A DNA stretch of 30,935 bases from a virus. Lineage: Duplodnaviria; Heunggongvirae; Uroviricota; Caudoviricetes. The DNA lies in the IMG/VR virus record IMGVR_UViG_2802429247_000007, positions 1-30,935 of that record. One strand, 5' to 3'. The translations under genes and the position numbers were made by a program. Below the pieces are notes generated by a model, which was not told the origin of the DNA, did not search any database, and was given only the letters and a program-made list of their open reading frames with translations. Below are positions 7,840 to 15,214 of this stretch, piece after piece (the stretch's first letter is position 1; each line of letters opens with the position of its first letter).

Positions 7840-8934
7840 ATGGCTAACGCTTGGCTCAGATTATGGCATGACATGCCAAATGACCCTAAGTGGCGAACAA
7901 TTGCCAGGGTGTCAGGGCAGCCAATTGCAACAGTGATGGCAGTGTATATCCACCTCCTGGTGAGCGCGTCACGAAATGTCACGCGAGGTCACATTGATGT
8001 CACGACAGAAGATTTGGCAAGTGCGCTCGACGTGACAGAAGAGGTAATTGATTCAATTTTGCAGACGATGCAGGGGCGGGTACTTGATGGTGATTTAATC
8101 ACTGGATGGGAAAAACGCCAGGTGCTTAAAGAGGACAACGGCAATATTTCGCAAACCGCAAAATCTCCTGCAGAGCGCAAGAGGGCGCAGCGAGAGAGGG
8201 AAAGAAAGCGGGAACAAAATGGCGATTGTCACGGCGCGTCACGAAATGTCACGCACATGTCACGACGAGTCACGACAGATAAAGATACAGATAAAGATAC
8301 AGATAAAGATACAGATAAAGATACAGATCAAGAAGATCAAAACACTATGGTCCATGGCGTAAAAAACGCCACGAACCAGGCAGGGGATGTTCAGACCGTC
8401 AATCTTGGTCAGCCAGCAGGCACGACACCGGAAGCCGATTCAGCGTATGCGCTGAAAGCCGATTCGGGCGCTGTGCAGCAGGTGATGACCGCAAGGCCGG
8501 AGCAATCACACCAACTGCAGCAGCCTGAAGCCGATTCCGCCATTCAGCGGGAAGCCGATCGGGTAGTCCCGGAAAACACCGGGCAGCCTGTGGGACGAGT
8601 AGATTATCCGGATGTGTTCGAACAGGTCTGGCGGGAATACCCGTTGCGTGCTGGGGCAAACCCGAAGAAATCCGCTTTCAGTGCCTGGAAGGCCAGATTA
8701 CGCGAGGGGGTGCCACCAGAGGCCATGCTGGATGGTGTGAGGCGTTACGCAAGATACCTGGCGGCTACCGGGAAAACGGGAACGGAATTTGTTCAGCGAG
8801 CGACGACGTTTTTTGGACCGGACCGGAATTTTGAAAACCCCTGGTTGCTCCCGGTAAGCGGTACGAACAACCAGCGTTGTGTGAATCATATTTCTGAACC
8901 GGATACCGAAATTCCACTGGGCTTCAGGGGGTAA
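7840..8934 (+). CDS. Replication initiator (O-like / YdaU-like) with C-terminal DnaT-like domain; contains internal iterons and a (DKDT)4 repeat
   Basis: RBS agaagagg before ATG 7840; N-terminal region typical of phage replication proteins; C-terminal YPDVFEQVWREYPLRAG...FFGPDRNFENPWLL. Confidence 0.75.
   Translation: MANAWLRLWHDMPNDPKWRTIARVSGQPIATVMAVYIHLLVSASRNVTRGHIDVTTEDLASALDVTEEVIDSILQTMQGRVLDGDLITGWEKRQVLKEDNGNISQTAKSPAERKRAQRERERKREQNGDCHGASRNVTHMSRRVTTDKDTDKDTDKDTDKDTDQEDQNTMVHGVKNATNQAGDVQTVNLGQPAGTTPEADSAYALKADSGAVQQVMTARPEQSHQLQQPEADSAIQREADRVVPENTGQPVGRVDYPDVFEQVWREYPLRAGANPKKSAFSAWKARLREGVPPEAMLDGVRRYARYLAATGKTGTEFVQRATTFFGPDRNFENPWLLPVSGTNNQRCVNHISEPDTEIPLGFRG
7964..8004. repeat. 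Iteron-like cluster 1: four GTCAC(G/A) motifs at about 10-11-bp spacing
   Basis: gcgcGTCACGaaatGTCACGcgagGTCACAttgatGTCACG; 21-bp block gcgcgtcacgaaatgtcacgc recurs in cluster 2. Confidence 0.6.
8228..8275. repeat. Iteron-like cluster 2: five GTCACG motifs at about 10-11-bp spacing
   Basis: GTCACGgcgcGTCACGaaatGTCACGcacatGTCACGacgaGTCACG; helical-phase spacing. Confidence 0.6.
8278..8325. repeat. Perfect 12-bp tandem repeat (GATAAAGATACA)x4, in-frame, encoding (DKDT)4
   Basis: Read directly; A/T-rich and immediately downstream of iteron cluster 2. Confidence 0.9.
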
Positions 8935-8974
8935 GTGTGTATTTCTGGTCATGAGGTAATTTTCAGGAGGGCTT

Positions 8975-9397
8975 GTGGCAAAAGTTTTTACACAAGAAGA
9001 GCGGGAAAAAATTAAAGGGCAGGTTCTTGAACTCGTACGCCAGAGTGGGCGCGAGACGTTACGACAACTGGAAGCTAAAACTGGGGCAACAAGATATCTG
9101 ATGAGCGTTCTGGCCAGAGAGCTGGTTGCCAGTGGCGATGTATACAACTCTGGTTACGGGTTATTCCCGTCTGAACAGGCGCGTAAGGACTGGCAAAATG
9201 CCCGTAAAAAGCTCTCAAGGGCAAAGCTGAAGAAACCATCTGCGGTTGATCCGGACCTTATCTGGTCATTACCTGATGGAGAAATACGTCGTTACGACAG
9301 GCGTCATAATATAATTTGTACTGAGTGTCGTAAAAGCGAAGTTATGCAGCGGATATTGTCGTTTTATCAGGGGGATGTTCGGTATTTTTTGAAGTGA
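8975..9397 (+). CDS. Hypothetical protein (140 aa), GTG start with strong RBS (aggagg)
   Basis: Occupies the position of the helicase loader (P/DnaC) but is too small and shows no such motif. Confidence 0.5.
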   Translation: MAKVFTQEEREKIKGQVLELVRQSGRETLRQLEAKTGATRYLMSVLARELVASGDVYNSGYGLFPSEQARKDWQNARKKLSRAKLKKPSAVDPDLIWSLPDGEIRRYDRRHNIICTECRKSEVMQRILSFYQGDVRYFLK

Positions 9398-9589
9398 CGA
9401 GATTAAAGTGCATTAGTTCAGATGTAAATTGACATTTTGTGGCACAGGGTAGAGCTAGCGTGGTTGTCCGCTTTGTGCCAGAAGCGGAAGTTGCTTACAT
9501 CGTGCTATGTTAGTTTAATGGGAGCAGGTAAAGGGGGGGATTCCCCAGTAATTCCCCATAGCTTCCCTACCAGGAAGGTAGGCATAAAA

Positions 9590-9620
9590 AACCAGCAATA
9601 ACAGGCTGGTTTATATAATC
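9590..9620 (-). terminator. Stem-loop (aaccagc/gctggtt, 7 bp) with flanking A and T runs; functions best as a minus-strand terminator just 3' of the tRNA fragment
   Basis: Hairpin read directly; T-run immediately follows the stem in minus orientation. Confidence 0.5.
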
Positions 9621-9624
9621 TTTT

Positions 9625-9673
9625 TGGTCGGCACGAGAGGATTTGAACTTCCGATCCCCGACACCCCATGACA
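9625..9673 (-). tRNA. Degenerate 3' fragment (about 48 nt) of a tRNA-Pro gene (anticodon loop through CCA); not a complete tRNA; att-site-like remnant
   Basis: Minus-strand sequence gtcatggggtgtcggggatcggaagttcaaatcctctcgtgccgacca matches the 3' half of E. coli tRNA-Pro(GGG) from memory with about 2 mismatches; the 5' half is absent. Confidence 0.6.
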
Positions 9674-9965
9674 CTGCTTGTAAAACGCTGAGAGCCGCGC
9701 TATTGCTGGTTAAAAGCACTATTCATATGTATAAACAAACAGTGCTTTTTCAACAAAATCTGCTCTATATACTTCAATGGCTTAAGTGGTGGTTTCTCCC
9801 CATGCTTGGTAGGTATAATACCTTGATGCTAAAGTAGGTTACTCACTTGAAGAAACAGCTAGTTAGTATCAATTATGTTGCTCCAGCTGACTGAAAAAAG
9901 TTATCAATGATGCATGGAACATACGCCCTTGAATTTTTCATTAGATTTTAGAAAAGGAATTGAGC

Positions 9966-10847
9966 ATGGGTTTAGCTGAGTGGTTTTGCGGATTTTGCTC
10001 CAATCTGACTGTAAAAGATGGTGGAACAATTTCAACTAGATATAGGAATATAACGAAGCGTTTAAATACGGATTTTTGGGATAGCAGTTCTGATACTTCT
10101 CATAGTCTCTACGTTGGATCATATGGTCGGAACACAGCTACGCAAGGCTTGAGCGATCTGGATATGATTTTTCAGCTACCATATTCCGAGTATCAAAAAT
10201 ACAATAGCTACTTAGGAAATGGGCAGTCAGCATTGCTTCAAGCGGTTAAGAGATCTATTGAAAAAACCTATGCTACCACTAGTATTAGAGGTGACGGTCA
10301 AGTGATCCTTGTACCGTTCAATGATGGAATTACATTTGAAGTCGTTCCAGCTTTCCTCAATGTTAGTGATAGTTACACATTTCCTGATGCGAACGGTGGT
10401 GGCCGTTGGAGGATTACAAATCCAAAGCCAGAAATTTCTGCAATGAGGTTAAGAAATAACATTACCAATAACAATTTGGTGCAACTTTGTAGAATGGCAA
10501 GAGCTTGGAAGCGTAAATGGGATGTACCTATAAGTGGTTTACTCATTGATACGCTTGCGTATCAATTCATTGAAAATTGGGCGCATAGAGATAAGTCGTA
10601 TCTTTACTACGATTTCATGAGTCGTGATTTCTTCAAATGGATGGCTGATCAAGATACGAGTAAGGAGTATTGGAAAGCGCCAGGAAGTGGTCAGTATGTC
10701 TATGGTAAAGGGCTTTTCCAATATAAAGCAAAACGGTGCTATAACATTTCACTCGAAGCTATAGAGCATGAAATGGCGACCCCAAAACGCGAATGGTCGG
10801 CTAAGCAAAAATGGCGGGAGATTTATGGATCAACATTTCCAGACTAA
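9966..10847 (+). CDS. SMODS-type (cGAS/DncV-like) nucleotidyltransferase, CBASS cyclase candidate
   Basis: Motif GSYGRNTATQGLSDLDMIF (GS-x9-DxD) plus downstream acidic [DE]hhP-like motif (NDGITFEVVP); RBS aaaaggaa before ATG 9966; AT-rich relative to flanking phage genes. Confidence 0.72.
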   Translation: MGLAEWFCGFCSNLTVKDGGTISTRYRNITKRLNTDFWDSSSDTSHSLYVGSYGRNTATQGLSDLDMIFQLPYSEYQKYNSYLGNGQSALLQAVKRSIEKTYATTSIRGDGQVILVPFNDGITFEVVPAFLNVSDSYTFPDANGGGRWRITNPKPEISAMRLRNNITNNNLVQLCRMARAWKRKWDVPISGLLIDTLAYQFIENWAHRDKSYLYYDFMSRDFFKWMADQDTSKEYWKAPGSGQYVYGKGLFQYKAKRCYNISLEAIEHEMATPKREWSAKQKWREIYGSTFPD

Positions 10848-11406
10848 GGATACACCTGAATCTAGAAGGGTTTTAGAAGGGCAGATCAGAGAGTGTTATG
10901 GTCGGGTCGTTTACTCACATAAGACGCATGAAAAATGCTCAGACATTCTCCTATCTCGACTATCTTCTATAAAGTTTTGGCAAATAATTCTCTCCGCCTT
11001 AACTACTGGAGGCTTTCTAGCAACTTTTTTCGGCGCGGGTGAAGTAGGCACGGGGGTTGGGATTGTTGTTTCAACACTGCTTCTCATTCTTAACGCTTAT
11101 ACCAAAGATTATGACCTTGGTGAGTTGGCGCAAAAACATAAGCAGGCTGCAAATGAGATCTGGTTAATCCGAGAAAAGTATTTATCATTGCTTACAGACT
11201 TAGCAATGGGTGAAAAACCAATCGAGCAATTGCAGTCAGAGCGGGATTCGTTACTCGAGAGTTTACATTCAGTGTATTCAGGCTCTCCTAGTACAACATT
11301 TGAAGCTTATAAAAAAGCACAGGACGCATTAAAAAACAAAGAAGATTTAACATTTTCTGAAGAAGAAATAGATGCTTTTCTTCCCAAGGAACTGAAAAGA
11401 AGATAA
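10825..11406 (+). CDS. SLATT-like two-transmembrane effector
   Basis: Start overlaps the end of the upstream gene by 23 nt; two hydrophobic helices (IKFWQIILSALTTGGFLATFF and GTGVGIVVSTLLLILNAY) followed by a charged helical tail. Confidence 0.7.
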   Translation: MDQHFQTKDTPESRRVLEGQIRECYGRVVYSHKTHEKCSDILLSRLSSIKFWQIILSALTTGGFLATFFGAGEVGTGVGIVVSTLLLILNAYTKDYDLGELAQKHKQAANEIWLIREKYLSLLTDLAMGEKPIEQLQSERDSLLESLHSVYSGSPSTTFEAYKKAQDALKNKEDLTFSEEEIDAFLPKELKRR

Positions 11407-11417
11407 ATATGTTGCGA

Positions 11418-11450
11418 GGGCAAATATAAATATTTGCCCCTATTTTTTTA
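11418..11450 (+). terminator. Intrinsic terminator: perfect 9-bp stem (gggcaaata/tatttgccc) followed by a T-run
   Basis: Read directly; 12 nt after the SLATT stop. Confidence 0.7.
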
Positions 11451-11547
11451 TTTGTTAATATTAATTTTAGCAGGGCTAACTTTCCGGTAAGAATTAATTA
11501 CTGGTCATATGCTCCTTGGTTAATAAAATTCTATGCCTTACTTGGTG

Positions 11548-11931
11548 CTAGCTGGCTTTAATTTCTCCATGTGGAACTACAACCCAGTCGATATGGTTTT
11601 GCGTGTAGATTTTAGTTGATTTCGCATCGCTGTGTGCCATTCGTCCTTGTGGATCGATGCCCTGCTGATCAAAAAGATGTGCTGCTAAGGCGCGAATTTC
11701 GTGAAAGGTTGGCCTTTCATCCATCGGCCGTTTGTCATATAAACCCAGCTTGTCACGCGTAGCTGAAAACGACCGACTCAAATAGTCTGGTGCAACTTGA
11801 GTGGGATGAGAAACTTCTTTGCTGCGTTTAACCTGCCGTTCCGGGATCTGGTGAACGATAAATGGGCTGGCCACGTTATTGCGACTTTCATCAATGATCC
11901 GCTTCAATTCGTCACCAATCGGTGACCGCTA
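11548..11931 (-). pseudogene. Truncated tyrosine integrase (C-terminal catalytic fragment only, about 125 codons; in-frame stop at 11929-11931 upstream)
   Basis: Fragment ...TFHEIRALAAHLFDQQGIDPQGRMAHSDAKSTKIYTQ aligns with the C-terminus of the intact int at 1..1119 and of lambda Int; no N-terminal or core-binding region. Confidence 0.78.
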
Positions 11932-12101
11932 CATGACGGGAACGCTTACAATCTATTAATGTCTACTAAGTGCTAGGAGCGGACATTGGTTAATGGGGAT
12001 ATGTCATTCGCCTGGGGCAGATCAAGAAAGTAAAAATCCCAGCTGTCGATAATTGGAATCCATGATAAGGTTTACGGGTAACTGATTGATAAATAAATTG
12101 A

Positions 12102-12299
12102 ATGGAATATGGAAAAATGACAAAGTCAATAGCGGATAAATCTGTAACTGATTTAACTAAAGAAATCGATAAATTAAAGAAAATTGCCAAAGATCTTGAA
12201 GATGTATTACCAGAAAAAACACCACAAATTAATTCAGCAAAAAAAATCATTGACGATGCAATAAACGAAAGAGAAAAAGAGATAGAAAAGCGTTTCTAA
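12102..12299 (+). CDS. Hypothetical small K/E-rich helical protein (likely start 12117, MTKSIADK...)
   Basis: ORF followed by a terminator-like hairpin; AT-rich tract; the antisense ORF 11990..12250 is judged spurious. Confidence 0.3.
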   Translation: MEYGKMTKSIADKSVTDLTKEIDKLKKIAKDLEDVLPEKTPQINSAKKIIDDAINEREKEIEKRF

Positions 12300-12323
12300 G
12301 CATAACAATAGACTAGTCTCTGG

Positions 12324-12352
12324 GAGGCCGTACCAGCGGCCTTTCTTCTTCC
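12324..12352 (+). terminator. Terminator-like hairpin (ggccg/cggcc) followed by T/C-rich tract
   Basis: Read directly downstream of the small ORF. Confidence 0.4.
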
Positions 12353-12966
12353 CGTAATCTAGTAAAATCGTCGGTTTTTAATCAATTAATTAACTCATCT
12401 ATTACCAACTCCTGGTTGGTTGCTAATGATGTCATAGTGTCGCTAACGGCCTGAATTACTCAGTCCGTTCTTCGCTCAAAGCGGGCTAGAAGGTTAGCTT
12501 GCGTCGGACTTGGCGTATTTAAAGAAGTGCTGGTGGTGACAGGTTATTATGTTCCATTTCTACAGAACAAAATCACAGAAACTATACCCAATAGTTGTAT
12601 TGAATCACTGACGAGACAGCCTCATATTTATCAGGACTGGTGTACGTCCAATACAGGAGGTTGTGGTGCTGGTTCTCAAATGTGCGCTGGCTATTGCTGC
12701 TGTAATGGCAATTTATTGCCTTGCTGTTGTTCTTATGGATCGCCTTTCTGACTGATTTCATATTGGCGAGGTAACGGGAGTTAAGTAGAATGGCTGCGGG
12801 TGCTTGAGGCTATCTGTCTCAGGCATGAACACCAAAGGCAGATAGAGAAAAGCCCCAGTTAACATTACGCGTCCTGCAAGACGCTTAACATTAATCTGAG
12901 GCTCAATCTATGCTGAACACATGTAGGTTAGCCTCTTACGTGCCGAAAGGCAAGGAGAAGCAGGCT

Positions 12967-13122
12967 ATGAAGCAGCAAAAGGCGATGCTAATCGCCCTGA
13001 TCGTCATCTGTTTAACCGTCATAGTGACGGCACTGGTAACGAGGAAAGACCTCTGCGAGGTACGAATCCGAACCGGCCAGACGGAGGTCGCTGTCTTCAC
13101 AGCTTACGAACCTGAGGAGTAA
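12967..13122 (+). CDS. hok: Hok/Gef-family type I toxin (51 aa); in-frame upstream extension from 12910 is Mok-like
   Basis: MKQQKAMLIALIVICLTVIVTALVTRKDLCEVRIRTGQTEVAVFTAYEPEE is a canonical Hok-family sequence (recalled as RelF/HokD-like); upstream leader resembles the hok mRNA 5' elements. Confidence 0.88.
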   Translation: MKQQKAMLIALIVICLTVIVTALVTRKDLCEVRIRTGQTEVAVFTAYEPEE

Positions 13123-13264
13123 GAGACCAGGCGGGGGAGAAATCCCTCGCCACCTCTGATGTGTCAGGCATCCTCAATGCACCCACACTTAACCCGCTTC
13201 GGCGTTTTTCCGTTGATTAACTCTATTATCAGAGAACCGAACTTTTACTGATGGGGGCAGGGAG

Positions 13265-13657
13265 ATGAAGAAACTTGTTTTAGTTGCAGGTGTAATGATT
13301 GCAACAGTAATGTTGGGAGGGTGTGCAGCAAAGATCGATCCTGCGTTGAAAGCAGAAGCAATGAAACCACTAACATGTAAAGATGAAAAGCAATGTGACT
13401 TTTATTGGAAACGAGCGCAATTCTGGTTGGCTAATAATTCCTCATGGAAAATTCAAACGGCGACAGACACGCTAATTTCCACTTATAACCCTTCACCAAA
13501 TAGCCCATTCCTCGCTTATCAAGTGAGTAAAATGCCAAATGAAGATGGATCTGCAAGAATTTTCATCAAGCCTTTTTGCGATAATATGTTTGGCTGTCAA
13601 CCAAACCCCTATCAGGCAATTGTTTCCTTTAAAAACTTCGTTAAAACTGGGCAGTAA
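13265..13657 (+). CDS. Lipoprotein (signal peptide plus lipobox LGGC), function unknown; moron candidate
   Basis: N-terminus MKKLVLVAGVMIATVMLGGCA; mature part with 4 further Cys; own RBS (gggagatg). Confidence 0.7.
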   Translation: MKKLVLVAGVMIATVMLGGCAAKIDPALKAEAMKPLTCKDEKQCDFYWKRAQFWLANNSSWKIQTATDTLISTYNPSPNSPFLAYQVSKMPNEDGSARIFIKPFCDNMFGCQPNPYQAIVSFKNFVKTGQ

Positions 13658-13786
13658 TGTATAGCGGGACGGTAAATTATTAGTGAAAACGCTGTAAACC
13701 CTATGGATTGAGTCAGGATTTAATCCGATAATTATTCTATCGTTCCTTTACAAGTCCGGCATATTACCTTCAGTTTGTTTTAGCAT

Positions 13787-13812
13787 ACCCGCTTCGGCGG
13801 GTTTTGTTTTTT
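13787..13812 (+). terminator. Intrinsic terminator (acccgc-ttcg-gcgggt followed by T-run)
   Basis: Read directly; lies inside the N-terminal extension of ORF 13804..14157, so that gene's real start is downstream. Confidence 0.65.
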
Positions 13813-13884
13813 TCTGGCATTCTGGTTTACAATACGCACGCCAGCCTGAACAACTGGCACCTGCTGCGCCAGCAGAGACAACCG

Positions 13885-14157
13885 ATGGCGCACAATACCA
13901 AACATCACAATTCTGATACCGACCTTGCCAGCAGGCACGGGCTGCGTTCTCACGCATTCAAATATGACTGGTATCAGCACGATCCCTGCACTGAAGAACA
14001 GGCCGAATGGCTGATTCATAACTACCGCAGACGTGGGTATGAGTTTAAGAAAGCCCTTAGCCTCGACTACCGTCACTGGATAATCTACGTCAGGCTCCCT
14101 TATTCCGAACGCCCGCCGCGTCCATCCCGCACATTCCAGCAACGCATCTGGAGGTAA
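13885..14157 (+). CDS. Hypothetical nin-region protein (90 aa from Met at 13885)
   Basis: Stop is 2 nt before the GTG start of the next gene; start chosen downstream of the terminator. Confidence 0.4.
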   Translation: MAHNTKHHNSDTDLASRHGLRSHAFKYDWYQHDPCTEEQAEWLIHNYRRRGYEFKKALSLDYRHWIIYVRLPYSERPPRPSRTFQQRIWR

Positions 14158-14158
14158 C

Positions 14159-15214
14159 GTGCGGGTATTACTTCGACCTGTTCCGGTACCGGAACTTGGG
14201 CTGGTGGTGCTAAAGCCGGGCCGTGAATCCATGCAGGTATTTCATAATCCTCGAGTGCTGGTGGAACCGGAGCCAAAAAGCATGCGTAATCTGCCGTCCG
14301 GGGTCGTTCCTGCCGTTCGCCAGCCGCTGGCGGAGGATAAATCATTACTGCCATTTTTCAGCGACGAACGAGTGATTCGTGCTGCTGGTGGCGCTGGCGC
14401 ATTGTCTGACTGGTTACTGCGCCATGTTAAATCCTGCCAGTGGCCATACGGCGATTATCACCACAGTGAAACCGTCATTCACCGTTATGGCGCTGGCGCG
14501 ATGGTGTTGTGCTGGCACTGCGACAACCAGCTGCGTGACCAGACATCCGAATCACTCGAGCAACTTGCTCATCAAAACCTGTCAGCATGGATGATTGACG
14601 TCATACGCCATGCAATGAATGGCACGCAGGAGCGGGAGTTATCGCTGGCTGAATTATCCTGGTGGGCGGTCTGCAATCAAGTGGCGGACGCGCTTCCGGA
14701 GGCAGTATTACGTCGTTCTTTGGGGTTACGTGCGGAAAAAATCCGCTCCTTGTACCGCGAAAGCGACATCGTACCGGGAGAGCAGACCGCCACCAGCATA
14801 CTGAAGCAGCGCACAAAAAATCTTGCGCCGCTGCCTCACGCCCACCAGCAAAACCCGCCACAGGAAAAGACGGTGGTCAGCATTGCTGTTGATCCGGAGT
14901 CACCGGCTCAGTATCTCCAGCGCCAGAAACCACAACGGGAAGAGATGCCTGTATACACGCGCTGGGTAAAAACGCAGAAATGCATGACGTGCGGTAATCA
15001 GGCAGATGATCCGCATCACATCATTGGTCATGGACTGGGAGGGATGGGAACAAAGGCTGATGATTTGTTTGTTATTCCGCTGTGCCGTAAATGTCATAAC
15101 GAACTGCACGCCGGGGTAAAAGATTTTGAAGAAAAACACGGCAGCCAGCTGTTGTTGCTGATTCGTTTTTTAATGCACGCGAGAAATTCGGGTGTCCTGA
15201 AGTGGAAAGCATAA
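14159..15214 (+). CDS. DUF968/YdfU-like prophage protein with C-terminal Cys/His motif (HHIIGHG...CRKCHNELH)
   Basis: GTG start with RBS ggaggtaac; family assignment from memory of Qin YdfU-like proteins. Confidence 0.55.
   Translation: MRVLLRPVPVPELGLVVLKPGRESMQVFHNPRVLVEPEPKSMRNLPSGVVPAVRQPLAEDKSLLPFFSDERVIRAAGGAGALSDWLLRHVKSCQWPYGDYHHSETVIHRYGAGAMVLCWHCDNQLRDQTSESLEQLAHQNLSAWMIDVIRHAMNGTQERELSLAELSWWAVCNQVADALPEAVLRRSLGLRAEKIRSLYRESDIVPGEQTATSILKQRTKNLAPLPHAHQQNPPQEKTVVSIAVDPESPAQYLQRQKPQREEMPVYTRWVKTQKCMTCGNQADDPHHIIGHGLGGMGTKADDLFVIPLCRKCHNELHAGVKDFEEKHGSQLLLLIRFLMHARNSGVLKWKA

Noticed and set aside
8278-8325. Short perfect direct repeats that could suggest a CRISPR array
   Set aside because: This is a 12-bp contiguous tandem repeat with no spacers, in frame within the replication initiator gene (encodes DKDT x4); not CRISPR.
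9617-9712. Possible complete tRNA gene on the minus strand
   Set aside because: Only the 3' half (anticodon loop to CCA) resembles tRNA-Pro, and the T-stem has a mismatch. The sequence where the 5' half should be cannot form an acceptor stem or D-arm, so this is called a fragment.
9643-9837. Plus-strand ORF of 64 aa
   Set aside because: Overlaps the tRNA-Pro fragment and AT-rich intergenic DNA; no RBS; judged spurious.
10768-10824. Upstream extension of the SLATT-like ORF (start at 10768)
   Set aside because: Would overlap the NTase gene by 80 nt in another frame; the ATG at 10825 gives a more plausible coupled start.
11990-12250. Minus-strand ORF of 86 aa
   Set aside because: Hydrophobic low-complexity translation in an AT-rich tract, antisense to a more protein-like plus-strand ORF with a terminator.
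13748-14354. Minus-strand ORFs 13748..13957, 13780..14232 and 14100..14354
   Set aside because: Antisense to the nin-region genes and the DUF968 gene; Pro/Arg/Ala-rich translations characteristic of GC-rich shadow frames.
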